NCBI GenBank assembly: GCA_963693365.1
Contig: CAVNZM010000041.1
Location: forward strand, 1-36,058
Direction of reading: 5' to 3'
DNA: 36,058 bases
From: Amoebidium appalachense
Taxonomy: Eukaryota; Protista; Ichthyosporea
Under the pieces are notes generated by a model that was given only the letters and a program-made list of their open reading frames with translations, ran no database searches and was not told where the DNA came from. Positions 23,047-34,300 of the stretch are shown in pieces. Position 1 is the stretch's first letter; each line of letters starts with the position of its first letter. Made by a program: the position numbers and the translations under genes.

Positions 23047-25606
23047 TGGGTGGAGCCACGGGGGCAGGTACATGACGGGGGGAACGACGGATAATCACCG
23101 ACGGAATTTCATCGTCATCGGAATTGGAATTTCCGGAATGCAGGGATGAATCGATTGAGGTCGTCTGATTGGTGGCCTGCACGGAAATCTGATTGGATGC
23201 CGTGGTGAATTGTGATTCGTCGAAGACGACATCGCGGTAGAGGTTGACCGTGTTGCCACGTAGATTCATGATCTTGTGGGCTTTGTTGGTGATATCCCAG
23301 CCCACGTAGGTGCCGAGTTTGACGGTAGAGGCCAACTTGTCTCGTTTGGATGCAGGGACGTGTACATAGGCTGGGCAGCCGAACACGTGCAGGTGGGAGA
23401 TGTCAGGCTTGACACCGTAGAAAATTTCAAACGGTGTACGGCCATTGGCAGCTCTGGCCGGGGTCACGTTGATGATGTAGGCAGCATGCTTGAGAGCAGC
23501 TCCCCACAGTTTGGGGGAAAGGGAGTCGGCCTTGTCCTGATGAAGGAAGCACCGAACGATCTCCTGCAGATCCCTCATCTTACGTTCAACGAAGCCGTTG
23601 AGTTGGGGGCAGTCAACCGGGGCAAATTCTTGAATGATGCCCTTGGACTGGCAGTACTGCTCCATAGCGTGGGAGGTGAACTCGGACCCAGAGTCTGAAC
23701 GGAAGTGGGTCACCACCTTGTCGGGTTGCTTGTCAGTAGTCTCAACCAGGGCCTTGACGTATTCGAGAGTTTCGGATCGATCACGGAGGAGGTACACGAT
23801 GGTGTAGCCGGAGGCATCACAGGTACACACGAGGGCCACCTTGTAGCCACCATAGGAGGCACAGGGAGGCTCGAAGAAGTCCATGTGCCACTTGGCACCG
23901 GGGAAGGGGCACTGGGTTCTGGTGCCGGAGAATGGGGCCTTGGTGGTCTTGCCGGAGACACAACCGAAGCAGTCAGTGGTGTCAGCCACTGAGAGGGATG
24001 AGGGGAGGCCTGTCACGAGGTCACCTCTCACCATCTTGGTGAGGGTGGACAGGGCACGATGGCCGAGACGGTGGTGCCAGAGCTGAGGATCATTGTTGAC
24101 CTTGACGTTGGCTACCAGAGCAGTGACGGTCCGAGGGATGGAGGGACGTATCTCATAGTCAGTGATGAAGTACAGTCCATCTGTGCCTGTGAGGGAACAC
24201 ACGATGTTGCCACCACGAGTGTAGAGGTATGATGGGAATGCATCCTCATCATCGAGGTGGGCAAGGAGACCCGACTTGGAGGCCATTGAGGGTGATATCA
24301 GGAAGGCTGGGGAGTCGGGTACATAGAGGGTGTTGAGGCTCAGTACTGATGTTACTCCGTTGTAGGTGACGGCCAGGTTGATGACACCACGGTGATGTGC
24401 AGTGACGATGCCGAGGCCGTGGACGTCAGTCGGGGGGCATGGCTCAAGAGTAGAGAAGTACTCTTTTACTGGGCACACGTGGACGTTTGAAGCCGAGTCC
24501 CAGCAGGGGTCCATGGGTAGGGAGGCCGTGGTGGACACGAGGGCAAAATGCACCTCTTTTCCAGACTTGGTGTTGGCACGGTGACGACGGGCAATTGAGC
24601 AGCCAGGTTTGTCACACTGTGTGACATGATGGTCTTCGTGACAGTAGGCACAGTCGAGGGAGCCAGTGGTCTTGGCTCGGGGTGGCTGGGAATGACGGTT
24701 ACCCCCTTTACGTGGGGGGTAGGGTGACCGGGAACGATAGCCGGGGGAACGGGACCGTGAGTAATCACGGTCAACTGAGGGGGATCGATCGGTGGGACGA
24801 CCGCGGGGGTGACGGGAGACGGAGCTGTCACGTCGGGGGATCCGGTGTCTGAGGTCGTCCTTGGTGAGTACACGGCTTTGCAGGGCACGTGCTGTTCGGA
24901 CGGTGGAGGAGGACCCGGACCCAGAGTCGATGAGACCTTCACGGATCTCTGCAGCTCTGATGTCACTGATTAGACGGTTGTAGGTCTCGTAGTTAATGGT
25001 ACGACGGAAGTAGTCGGCAATCATGGCCTGGATGTCGGTACAAACTAACTTACGGTTCTTCTTGAGGTGGATGAAGAAGTTATCAACCATAGTCTTGTGA
25101 GGAATGGGCTCTTCGAGGATGTGCAGGGTAGTGCACAGACGGCGTGCCATGGTGAGGTAGGCCGTGACGGTCTTGAAGTCTTTGAGTTCAAGCTCATGGT
25201 AGTCGAGGAGGATTTGACGAGCACGATCTTCACGTTCAGCCGCATAGGTCATACGGAGGTTGTGGAAAGCTTGGGCAGGTGACACATCATCGTGGATTTG
25301 ACCAGAGTTATACAGCTCATCATTGGAGACGAGTTGAGTAAACATCTGTTCAAGGAGGTTGGAAGCCTCGGTGTAGGCCTCCTCAGTGTAGTAGCCGTGC
25401 CACTCATTCTGGTCGGAAGGGTCGACCCACTCGGGGGCCTTGATGACGGGCACTAACTTGGCCGCGGTGGTGGTACGTAGGTACCGGAAGATGACGGGTT
25501 CCCACTCATAATAGGTGAGACGTTTGCCGGACTTCTTGTCCGTGGTGTCATCCCCTTTCCAGGGGGTGAGGTTGAGATACGCAGGTTTCTCCGACATGGT
25601 GATCAA
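23035..25606 (-). CDS. gag-pol: Copia gag-protease-integrase; joins RT across a frameshift in a G12 run (23035-23046)
   Basis: CAYCHEDHHVTQC zinc knuckle, WDSASNVH protease, LWHHRLGH..CFGC, DDE integrase (HMD, RSDSGSEF, PQLNGFVER), HLHVFGC and RDKL. Confidence 0.96.
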
Positions 25607-25702
25607 TCAGTCAGATGATGCGTGAGAGAGGAATCAGATCGGTATTCAAATTTGAATATTTTTGATTGCAGCGAGAGTATGTGTTTGCGAGAGCGTGCGA
25701 AA

Positions 25703-25716
25703 ATGGGCCTTTAACC
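25703..25716 (-). promoter_or_regulatory. Copia primer-binding site of the half-tRNA type
   Basis: GGTTAAAGGCCCAT follows the 5' LTR directly; it resembles the GGTTATGGGCCCAG half-tRNA-iMet PBS. Confidence 0.7.
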
Positions 25717-26469
25717 TGTTGTTTTGTACGGGTTTAAGGGAGCAGAGTGCACAGAGGTGTCATGTAAAAACACGACTAACACATTAATGAGAGGGCAATC
25801 GGAGTTGTTCACGAGACATTGAAAGATTTCAAACAACAACTGAATCTTTATTGTGCTCTCGGTTCCTTTTGTACTTGCGACTTATCACCTTATCACAACT
25901 AAAGAGGGAGAACCAATCGGTTCTATCAGAAGATAGAAAAACACATTCCGACAGAGCATACACATTCCAACTTCCGATTAAACTAAAGTGTAGAAACTCT
26001 TACTTAAATAAATTAAGTAATTATACATCTAGTCACTATTAACTCACATATATATTAATGTTCGTCTCTATAAAGAAACTTATTTAAATACATATATTTC
26101 CTAACAGTCGACACTCTCAAAGTGAAGACACTTTGCAATAAACCGAATTCCATATATATCTATTGTCCAATCACAACACACATATATTAACAGACAGGAA
26201 TGCACAACACAATCTACAGATGTACTCGCTCGCGACTATTGGCGAGCCATCCTTTTGAGAACAAACTAGGCCATTTTGAAATAAAGGAAAGACAACGAGT
26301 GAGGCTAGCCAATCACGCTACCTCTCAGATAAACAGAGGAGAGCAAATAGAAATAAAACACAATAAGTTCTTATCAGGCAAGAGAGCCAGGTGTGCACAG
26401 ATCTACAGATATCTGTGCCCACAGAAACAAGGGAGAGAGAGATACGGGGGGGGGGGGGGGGGGGGGGGG

Positions 26470-26553
<84 letters not shown>

Positions 26554-26649
26554 GAGCACAAAGGAGGAAAGCAGACACGAATACAAACAAGCTAGGACAC
26601 ATACATACTTCAAGGCTCTTGCTGTCATACATGGTGACGTATTCCAACA
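25717..26649 (-). repeat. Copia 5' LTR
   Basis: Direct repeat of 19518-20444; followed by the PBS on the minus strand. Confidence 0.97.
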
Positions 26650-26914
26650 CTGGCGCCCCCGTTGTAGTCACCACCGACATTATAGTTGACGTGGGCCCAT
26701 TGGATGGGGGTAGACAGGCACTTGTGAGCGTTGGGGTCCTTCAGCAACGACTCCAGGCAGAAAACGACCATGCTAAAAAACTTGGGGTATTTCTCAGCAA
26801 TGTCCTGTTGTGTGTGTGATGGCAGCGTTTGTGCCGATGTGGGTTTGTGTGTGTTGGCAGTGTGTGTGTGGGTGTGTGTGTGTGTGTACTAGTAGTATGT
26901 GTATGTGTGTGCAT

Positions 26915-26945
<31 letters not shown>

Positions 26946-27143
26946 GATTTAGTGTCAACTAGTGTCTCATGATGAGGCAAGTGATCGGGAAGAACAGAGG
27001 AGGAGGGGGGGGGGGGGGGGGGGGGTCAAGTGAAGGGAAGAGGAAAGGAAAATAAGATAGACAGATAAGAGACAAGAGGGGGGGAGACAGAGAGAGGCGG
27101 GAAAAAAAGTCGCCTAATAGCAGTACACAGTACTAGTAGCAGT

Positions 27144-27189
<46 letters not shown>

Positions 27190-27828
27190 CTGGCATACCA
27201 TGGGAGTCAGAGAGCTGATGCGGGTCTTGATCCCCGTGAGCGTGATGCTCTCGAACACATGGTTGAACCCACGCCATCCGAATGGATGGAAGGTGTCTGG
27301 GTCAGCTGAATACTTGCGGCCACATGGATACCCCATCACCACAACCTCGTCGATCAGCTCCACCCACTTGGCCTCCCGGTCGTTACGGGAAGTGGCATAC
27401 TCCATGATCTGCAAACAATAAAAATCAGGGTGTCGTTGAAATCCTCCCAAGACGTGTATGAACAAATGCTAAACATATTAAACACGTATCAATCGGTTGT
27501 CCAACAGATAGGTAAGCATACGTTTGTTATCTCGATAGGGGTGTACACGACATGCAATATATATGTATTATCCAATGAACATGTATGTGAAAGGATATCC
27601 AACGGATACCCATTAAACGACTACCGCAGACCAACGGTTTAGTACTTTCTGTGCATGTGTAAACCATATTTGCATAATCATTATGGTGTGGATGTGGAAG
27701 TGATCGTAAATGTTCTCTTTTTTGATTTTTAAATTTTTTGGAGGTGATGGGGTGTGTGTTATGTTTGAGTGTGTCTGGGAGAGGGGGGGGGGGGGGGGGG
27801 GTGGGTATGTGTGTGCGCGCGCGTGTGT

Positions 27829-27859
<31 letters not shown>

Positions 27860-28305
27860 GGGGGGGGGGGAATACCGATGAGTTGGTGTCAGGCACTGGG
27901 TAGTGGACGAAGGCATTGCGTATGTTGCCGTGAACCATGGATCTGACTGTGGTCAGCCCCGTGCGGATGGCCGTAACGACCTTCTTGGCGTCTGTACCAC
28001 GGGTCGCGCTGGCCAACATGCTCGTCCAGTGTTCCTTGCCCCTTGAGCTCAGTACATCATGTGCAGTCGGCATCACAGTCTTGATGGCCTCGAGGGTAGC
28101 AAGGGCCAGACTACAATTGTCCAACTCGTTGACAGTGGGGTTGACCAACAGCATCACCTGGTAGACCTGGTGAGACTTGGTGAACTGCTTGACGTTGTCA
28201 TTCTGTGGCAAACATGGGAGAGTGGATGGTGTGGGTGTGTGCGTGCGTGTGCGTGCGTGCGTGTTTTTTTTTTTTGGGAGGGTGGGTGTTTTGGAAAGGG
28301 GGGGG

Positions 28306-28346
<41 letters not shown>

Positions 28347-28861
28347 GTTTGAGGTCACACAAACTGGCCATTAAAATACAAACGAAAACAGGAGTAAAAC
28401 CTAGTCAAGTTCGAAATTTGTGATGGTTTGATAGTACCAGGGAAAAACAAAGAAAAGAAAAAGGAAAAAAAGACAAAAAAAAAGGGGAACAAAATAAATG
28501 GGTGGCAATTAAGGGCAACTGTAATGCGTTTAGGGAAAAGCGAGAGTCTGCAAAAACCATCGAAAGAATATTTACAAGAGAGAATAACAATTTCTTCCCG
28601 TCATATTAGGAGTACCTACCAGCCACTTGACGGTCTTGCCAGGGGTCAACTTCTCAAGCACAGGGATGTCGTCGTCATCATCCTCATCCTCGCTATCCGA
28701 CGAAGGGGGGGTACGCTTGCGGCTGCTTTTGGACTTCTTGCGGGGACTAGGAGTCTCGTGCTCATTCTCCGCATCGCCCGATTCATCACCAGATGGGCCC
28801 TCCGGTGGGATGTTTTCAAACTCAACGAAATTCCCTTCCGGCATGGAATGGCCGGCACCGC

Positions 28862-29345
28862 TGTAAACAGTTGGACTAGTTAGGATAAGGCAGAGTACAA
28901 CTGAATCAAAATAAAGACAGAGAACGGGTAGAAAGGCACACGCGGCCAGGTTGCTTTTACTATGGGCCGACTCAGTCTGTCTCAGACTTCACTGATGTGA
29001 TCCCCGTACTGGGACGGCTTTCTTATATAGCCCCAGGTTTCGGATCAAGGCCCAGGATTGGTTCATCCGCGGCCAGCGCGGGTGGCAACATGCCATTCGT
29101 GATTCTGGTGCGGTCCGAGCCAGTCAGACCTTCGTCCTATTTAAGCTGTAAAAACATCTTATTGGTTCACTTCGTTGATGTGGTATGCAGCGGTAGAACC
29201 ATATATGGTTTATTTCTTAGGTAAGATTGATTCCTATTGGTGCGGACATAATATTTATGTGATATTCGTTACAAAGCAGGAATCGTGTGCTAGTACATCA
29301 CATTCTTTAGTAAACATATACAGTTCATGTGTACAGTTGTTTACA
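28862..29345 (-). mobile_element. Solo LTR related to 7201-7877
   Basis: TGTAAACA...TGTTTACA ends. TSD ACCGC (28857-28861, 29346-29350). Shares its first ~90 bp and the TATA region with 7201-7877. Confidence 0.93.
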
Positions 29346-30049
29346 ACCGCGCAGCGCAGCCAGCATCTCATCCCTGCCTGCAGCGTAGGTAGTCCGCAGC
29401 TTGTCCTTCATCGTGGTGGTAGGGTAGCGCTTGCAGACAACCGTAAGGTAGTAGGCCAACCTGATGTCGTCATCCGGAAGAAGGTACTGCCCGTCGGCAT
29501 CTTTAGGAAAGTCCTCGTCGGCTCCCCAAGACGACATGAGGCGTTTTGGTTTGTCACCGCTTGCAGGAGACTTGGATGTATCTGTGGATAAAAGTGGGAG
29601 TGAGCATGGGTGAAGAAGTAAACTGGAAGGAAGATTGTGTGGGAAACATCACGTGTATACTTTTTACCTTAAACCTAGTTTAGGGTCATTATATGAGATA
29701 GATATGCATTTTGCATATGCAAAGGCATGTAACAGATAATGGGAGAAATTGTAAAGTTTACATTTTGTGACGTGGTGCCACAACGGGGGTATTTTATTAG
29801 CATACGAATAGTAAATGCTGAGCTGGGGACCCGGCAGGAAAGATATCGACCAACGGGGACGGCCCGTCATGAGCGGTGTTCGGATACAAAAACACAGCAA
29901 AATATTGACATGAAAACATCCGAACGGGGCCTGCAAGTTCGTGTCAAATTATTCATATCATATCCAATTCGGATTCTGAGAGTCCACCAAGAAGACAAAA
30001 CGAACAAAAAACGTGCCCATCACAGATTTGTGGTGAAACACGTCTTCGG

Positions 30050-30285
30050 GGAAACACGTATTCCGGAATATATATTAGAATCAAAATAAGCATGTTCCAG
30101 GAGCCATAAGACGTGTCTGCAAGTCCATGAGCAAGACGTTATAGAAGTTAGACAGTATTGATACAAACATATTCCGGAATACGATATTATGGGACAAGTG
30201 GTTTTGCTGTGGTTTGGGTCACGTAAAGATCTCATAGCTGAGCAGTCCCCAACGTGCAGAAAAACACATATTCCGGAATATGTTA
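30050..30285. repeat. Three spaced copies of the palindrome TATTCCGGAATA
   Basis: At 30059, 30170 and 30269, each preceded by an AAACA-type flank. Confidence 0.85.
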
Positions 30286-31334
30286 ATCGGCCTATTGCAA
30301 ACCCAGTTTTGTGCATTCTCAACCATACATGCCCGTGCTATGGACCAGAAAAACTGATACACTTATTGGTGTCAAGAGAACCAACCCAACCCCACCCCAA
30401 TCCCAACCACCATCTACTCGAGCTAGTAGAGACAAAAGCCCTAAAACATAACATAACACAACATAACACAAAAAAAAAAAACACAAGCCCGTTCGTTCGT
30501 TTGTTCGTTCCATGAGCATGTAAAAATATGTCAAGATAAAATGTGGCTGAAGGACAGGAAGCCGTTTATTCATTCAATCATTCATTCATTCTTTACTTTC
30601 ACTGAACGACGAGTGAATTCTCTAGAACATGTGTTTCAATACAAATATTGATGCAAATGAATACAAATTTATATATACCCACAGGGTATAACGTGATGGT
30701 CATTCGAGCAAACATCATGGCCATTGCAGCTGTTGTTGTCATTTGGGGCGCAAGCGCTTTGCAATCGGCTAGAAAAACATACTAAGCGGCAAAGGTGGGG
30801 GTGGGCTGTCGGCATCATACTCAGCGTCTACACGGTGGGTTGCATGGTGTTGAGTGCTTTCCTGAATGATATCAGGTTCTCGGACACCATGTTCTTGACC
30901 TATGTTTGTGTGTGTGCGTGTGCGCGTGTGTGCGTGGGTGTGCGTGGGTGTGCGTGTGCGTGTGCGTGTGCGTGTGCGTGTGCGTGTGCGTGTGTGCGTG
31001 TGCGATAGATTGTTAGCAGACTTATTTTCAACAAAAGTCAAAAAAATTTCCTAGAATATCCTTTTCACCATCCGTAAAACCATTCATCTTCCGGTCGCAT
31101 TCTTCCAGTCCTGCGATATAAAGACCCGTGCTTTTCAATGTGGCGAATTGAGTTATACAATCTGTATGTGGACAACAAGTTGTCAAGGCGTAAGGCAATG
31201 CATGGTTCGTTGATAGCACGTAGCATCCTTTTCACCGTGTCGCGTGTTTTTGACCAATTTTTGGTATAGGTGTAAAATCGGTACGCCTTTGATTTTCGAT
31301 CAGAAGATTTCAGTTCGTTCTCTAAATAATCAAG

Positions 31335-31337
<3 letters not shown>

Positions 31338-31381
<44 letters not shown>

Positions 31382-32953
31382 CTATGTTCTAGCTGTGTGT
31401 GTGGGTGTGCGCGTAGACTAGGCATTGTGTTTGCAGTCTTTGCGGGGGTGTGTGCCAGAGCAGAGCGGGCACACGTGGGAGAAGGGGCAGGGCTGCTTAG
31501 CGCAGGACCGACCGTTAATGTGGAAATTCCTGCAGTGCGTCGCGGGTAGATCCACGGGTCGGGCCGGTTTTGCCGGGCCGGGTTGCGGGCCAGGGCGGTT
31601 AGGGGTTTGACCCCCGCCGGGCTTGTGGGGCGGCTTAAAGCCGTCAAGACCACAGCCGGGCTTGGGGTACATGGGGCAGGCCGCGCTGGGGTGGTCAGGG
31701 AAGCCACAGCGCTGACATGCGTCCGGGATGAGCAGAGTGGGTGGCAAGAGGAGATCCTGGTGGAGTTGGGCGAGCAGGTTGGGACACTCGATCGGAGCCC
31801 GACCCTGCTGGTGGGCAACGGTTCGGGCGTATACGTCATAGTTGTGGATCTGGGCCCACGGGTATCGGGTGCTGAGGCGAGTGATGTGCTGAGTCCAAAG
31901 TACGTCTTTGTCCGTGGGGAGGCCGAGGTGGTGCTTGGCGGCCATGTAATGGGTCCAAGCCTGGATCCAAATGACGAGTGAACGCAGGGGAACGGGTTTG
32001 TCTTGGCGAAAAGTCTCGATGCTGCCGTCGTCGGCCATGCGCAGATGCTGACCTTTCTTGGATGGGGCCAGGAGGGCGGCGGGGGTGAACTTATACAGGT
32101 CGACGAAACGATTGGCGCGCAAATCTGCCAGCACATCCGCGGGGGGAAGCGGGAGTGTGCCCGGCTGAATGTCGCCAGTGTTCTCACCTGTGATGGGGGG
32201 CGCGGGCAGGGCAGGTAGGTCTAGGTCAGGGCCGAGATGCAGCCCCGGGGAAACCTCCCCGGGTGCGGAGGGCGCGGCGGGGGGCGCGGGAGGGTCGCGG
32301 TTGGTGAGAGCAGCCAGGACGCCAGCCATCTGGGTGCTGATGGCGGTAAGGGCGGCAAGGACGGCGTCTTGAGAAGTCATCTGCGGGGACGGCGGGGCCT
32401 GAGGGGGGACTTCAGGAGGGGAGGGGAGACTAGCCGGCGGGTCCGGGTCCGTGGTGGTATGGGCCGCTGGAGGCGCGTCAGTGTCCGCGGGAGCGTTGGT
32501 CAGCCTGTGGCGGAGGTCGCTGCGGGTCAGGCGCTTGGGTGCCGCGGCAGGGGCGGTGGCTGAGGCCTGGCGCTTTTTCGGCGGCATGCTGACCGGCGTA
32601 CGGAAAGATAGGGAGAGTGAAAAGAAAATATAGCTGTAAAGCTGTAGGTGCTAAACACAGAAGATGTGTTGTTGCCCGCTGATCTGCTAAAAACTGTCGT
32701 GCTTATATACCTACGGCTACCGAACTGAGCCAATCAAAACCGATCTAGTGTTATGTGAAATCTTATCCTGAGCCAATCAGACTCGGTCTAGTGATCTGTG
32801 GAATCTGATGTTTTGATCGGCTAATAGGTGCCCGTATGCGGGCAGCCGAACGCGAACTGCTAAAACATGAAACAAAGCCTGTTGATATCGGACACCCATC
32901 CTACGTGTTTACCCAGAAAAATATTTATGTCAATAATTTCCACAAATAAAACC
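31338..32953 (-). mobile_element. Truncated Ngaro/DIRS-like (tyrosine-recombinase retrotransposon) insert: terminal repeat/promoter, gag, A40
   Basis: Boundaries are set by the interrupted host frame and by homology to 17376 onward. TATATAAG at about 32702-32709 with CCAAT boxes. No RT or YR present. Confidence 0.75.
31418..32587 (-). CDS. gag: Gag-like ORF1 of an Ngaro/DIRS retrotransposon, 389 aa
   Basis: RFVDLYKF, WIQAWTHY..YPWAQIHNYD, CQRCGFPDHPSAAC knuckle and C-terminal CRNFH..C....CPFSHVCPLCSGTHPRKDC zinc fingers. Confidence 0.85.
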   Translation of the reverse strand: MPPKKRQASATAPAAAPKRLTRSDLRHRLTNAPADTDAPPAAHTTTDPDPPASLPSPPEVPPQAPPSPQMTSQDAVLAALTAISTQMAGVLAALTNRDPPAPPAAPSAPGEVSPGLHLGPDLDLPALPAPPITGENTGDIQPGTLPLPPADVLADLRANRFVDLYKFTPAALLAPSKKGQHLRMADDGSIETFRQDKPVPLRSLVIWIQAWTHYMAAKHHLGLPTDKDVLWTQHITRLSTRYPWAQIHNYDVYARTVAHQQGRAPIECPNLLAQLHQDLLLPPTLLIPDACQRCGFPDHPSAACPMYPKPGCGLDGFKPPHKPGGGQTPNRPGPQPGPAKPARPVDLPATHCRNFHINGRSCAKQPCPFSHVCPLCSGTHPRKDCKHNA

Positions 32954-33912
32954 AAAACATAACCCGTCCACGTCATAACCCTTTCCGCCGCATCGACATC
33001 TCGCAGAAGCTGCATTATCTCCGGGTATCGATCTGAGCCACGAAATGCTGCCCGCATGTACTCAAGACTGATATCGTCGGGGCTGAGTGAGCCCATGTCG
33101 ATATCACTGAACCGTTTAGGGGGAGGAACCACTGGGGGGGGGGACCGTGTCCGTTTTCTTCGGTGCCTTTTCAATGAATATAAGTATGTTATACAATCTG
33201 TAAGAATTTAACAATCTATCAATGCGTTTTGCAGCTTCGCTTTCTCCGATACGTTGCATCCACGTCACCACCCGAGCAGGAGATAAGGGTGCCGTCGGTT
33301 CGGTAGGGCTATGGCGGTGAAAAGGAAACCAACGGGCTGCCATTGAATTGTAATCTACAGGGCCCACCGGCTGTTCATCCCACGAGGGGCGAAAAAAAAA
33401 TTGTAACCTGATGCAGCGATTTTCTCTTCTGCCTCGTCCAGGTCTTGCCACAGCTGCCTCATTTCAGGAAAAAAGGATGCTGTGCGCAAATGCGACTTCG
33501 CTAACTGGAACTTCAGCTCAGCATTATCCAATGACCCCACGTTGATATCACTGTACGATTTAGCGAGGCATTGTTCACAGGGGCCTTGATCTCCTTCCTG
33601 GCAGTGGCCAAGTGTATAAGTTACTCTAAACAAATATCAGCTGTAGCCGTGTTTCGTGTGAAAACCTAAAACTCGGTGCTATGTTTTAAAAGAGCGTACC
33701 AGTAGGTCGGTAGATCGTGTTAATTCACGAAAACGTTTGCGTGTACGAGCATGTTTGTGCGAGCTTCCGTGTGTGATTCTGTTCTTGTGTGTTGAATGTG
33801 GTGCATGTTTATGTGTTCAAGGGTTGGTATAATATGGGGTGTGAGCTCCGTGTGTGTGCATGTGTGCATGTGTGCGTGTGCATGATGCATGTGTGTGACT
33901 GAGTGCGCTCAC

Positions 33913-34256
33913 CTACATTGTGCATCGTTTCCCCGGCATCCCCATTTTCTTTGTGTTCCTCCATGGGTGTTGGAGACTGGGTGACAGGCACAGGTGAAGG
34001 AGACCGGGTGTCAGGTAAGCTGTCGTGGGGTTGGGGGTTCACTGTGGCAAAGGTGATGGTAAGTAGTTATAACTTGAGGCAGGCAACCAAACTTATCAAA
34101 AGAAAGCGCATCAATGATACGATACCTATGGATTGGATACACACTTTGTGTATTGCCAGTCATATCTTTGGGCAGACGTCTTTATATCTACATGTATTAG
34201 AGGGGAATAAGGGAATGGTTCATAGTTTTCCCTAGCTCAACTCCCAAAAGACGCCC

Positions 34257-34300
<44 letters not shown>

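Larger units (their letters stand above)
19518..26649 (-). mobile_element. Full-length Ty1/Copia LTR retrotransposon, recent insertion
   Basis: Two ~930-bp LTRs (TGTTG..CAACA), TSD CTGGC (19513-19517, 26650-26654), gag-PR-IN-RT-RH order, PBS and PPT. Confidence 0.98.
18644..29537 (-). pseudogene. Five-exon gene encoding a 540-aa protein of unknown function, disrupted by two LTR-element insertions
   Basis: Exons 29537-29346+28856-28620, 28202-27876, 27408-27199, 26804-26650+19512-19494 and 19126-18644. All introns are GT-AG and phase 0. Removing each insertion plus one TSD restores an open frame (..LRG|AGHSMPEG.., ..GGA|RLSTIKQ). NLS-like PRKKSK..RKR motif and acidic tracts. Confidence 0.85.
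31065..33633 (-). pseudogene. Gene with two tandem copies of an unrecognised ~140-aa domain; the second copy is split by the Ngaro-like insert
   Basis: Copy 1: SDINVGSL..PEMRQLWQDLDEAE..GY..RIDRLLNSYRLYNILIFIEK. Copy 2: SDIDMGSL..PEIMQLLRDVDAAE..GY (to about 32955), resuming at 31337 as SLDYLENE..RLDNLLSTYRLYNSIRHIEK. Frameshifts fall at homopolymers (about 33395 and 33140). Confidence 0.7.

Noticed and set aside
21154-25282. Antisense and alternative-frame ORFs over Copia (and 31425-32633 over the Ngaro gag)
   Set aside because: Shadow ORFs produced by GC-rich codon bias.
29893-30211. MITE with CACAGCAAAA...TTTTGCTGTG ends
   Set aside because: Only a 10-bp inverted match, no TSD, and the internal palindrome motif continues beyond the right end.
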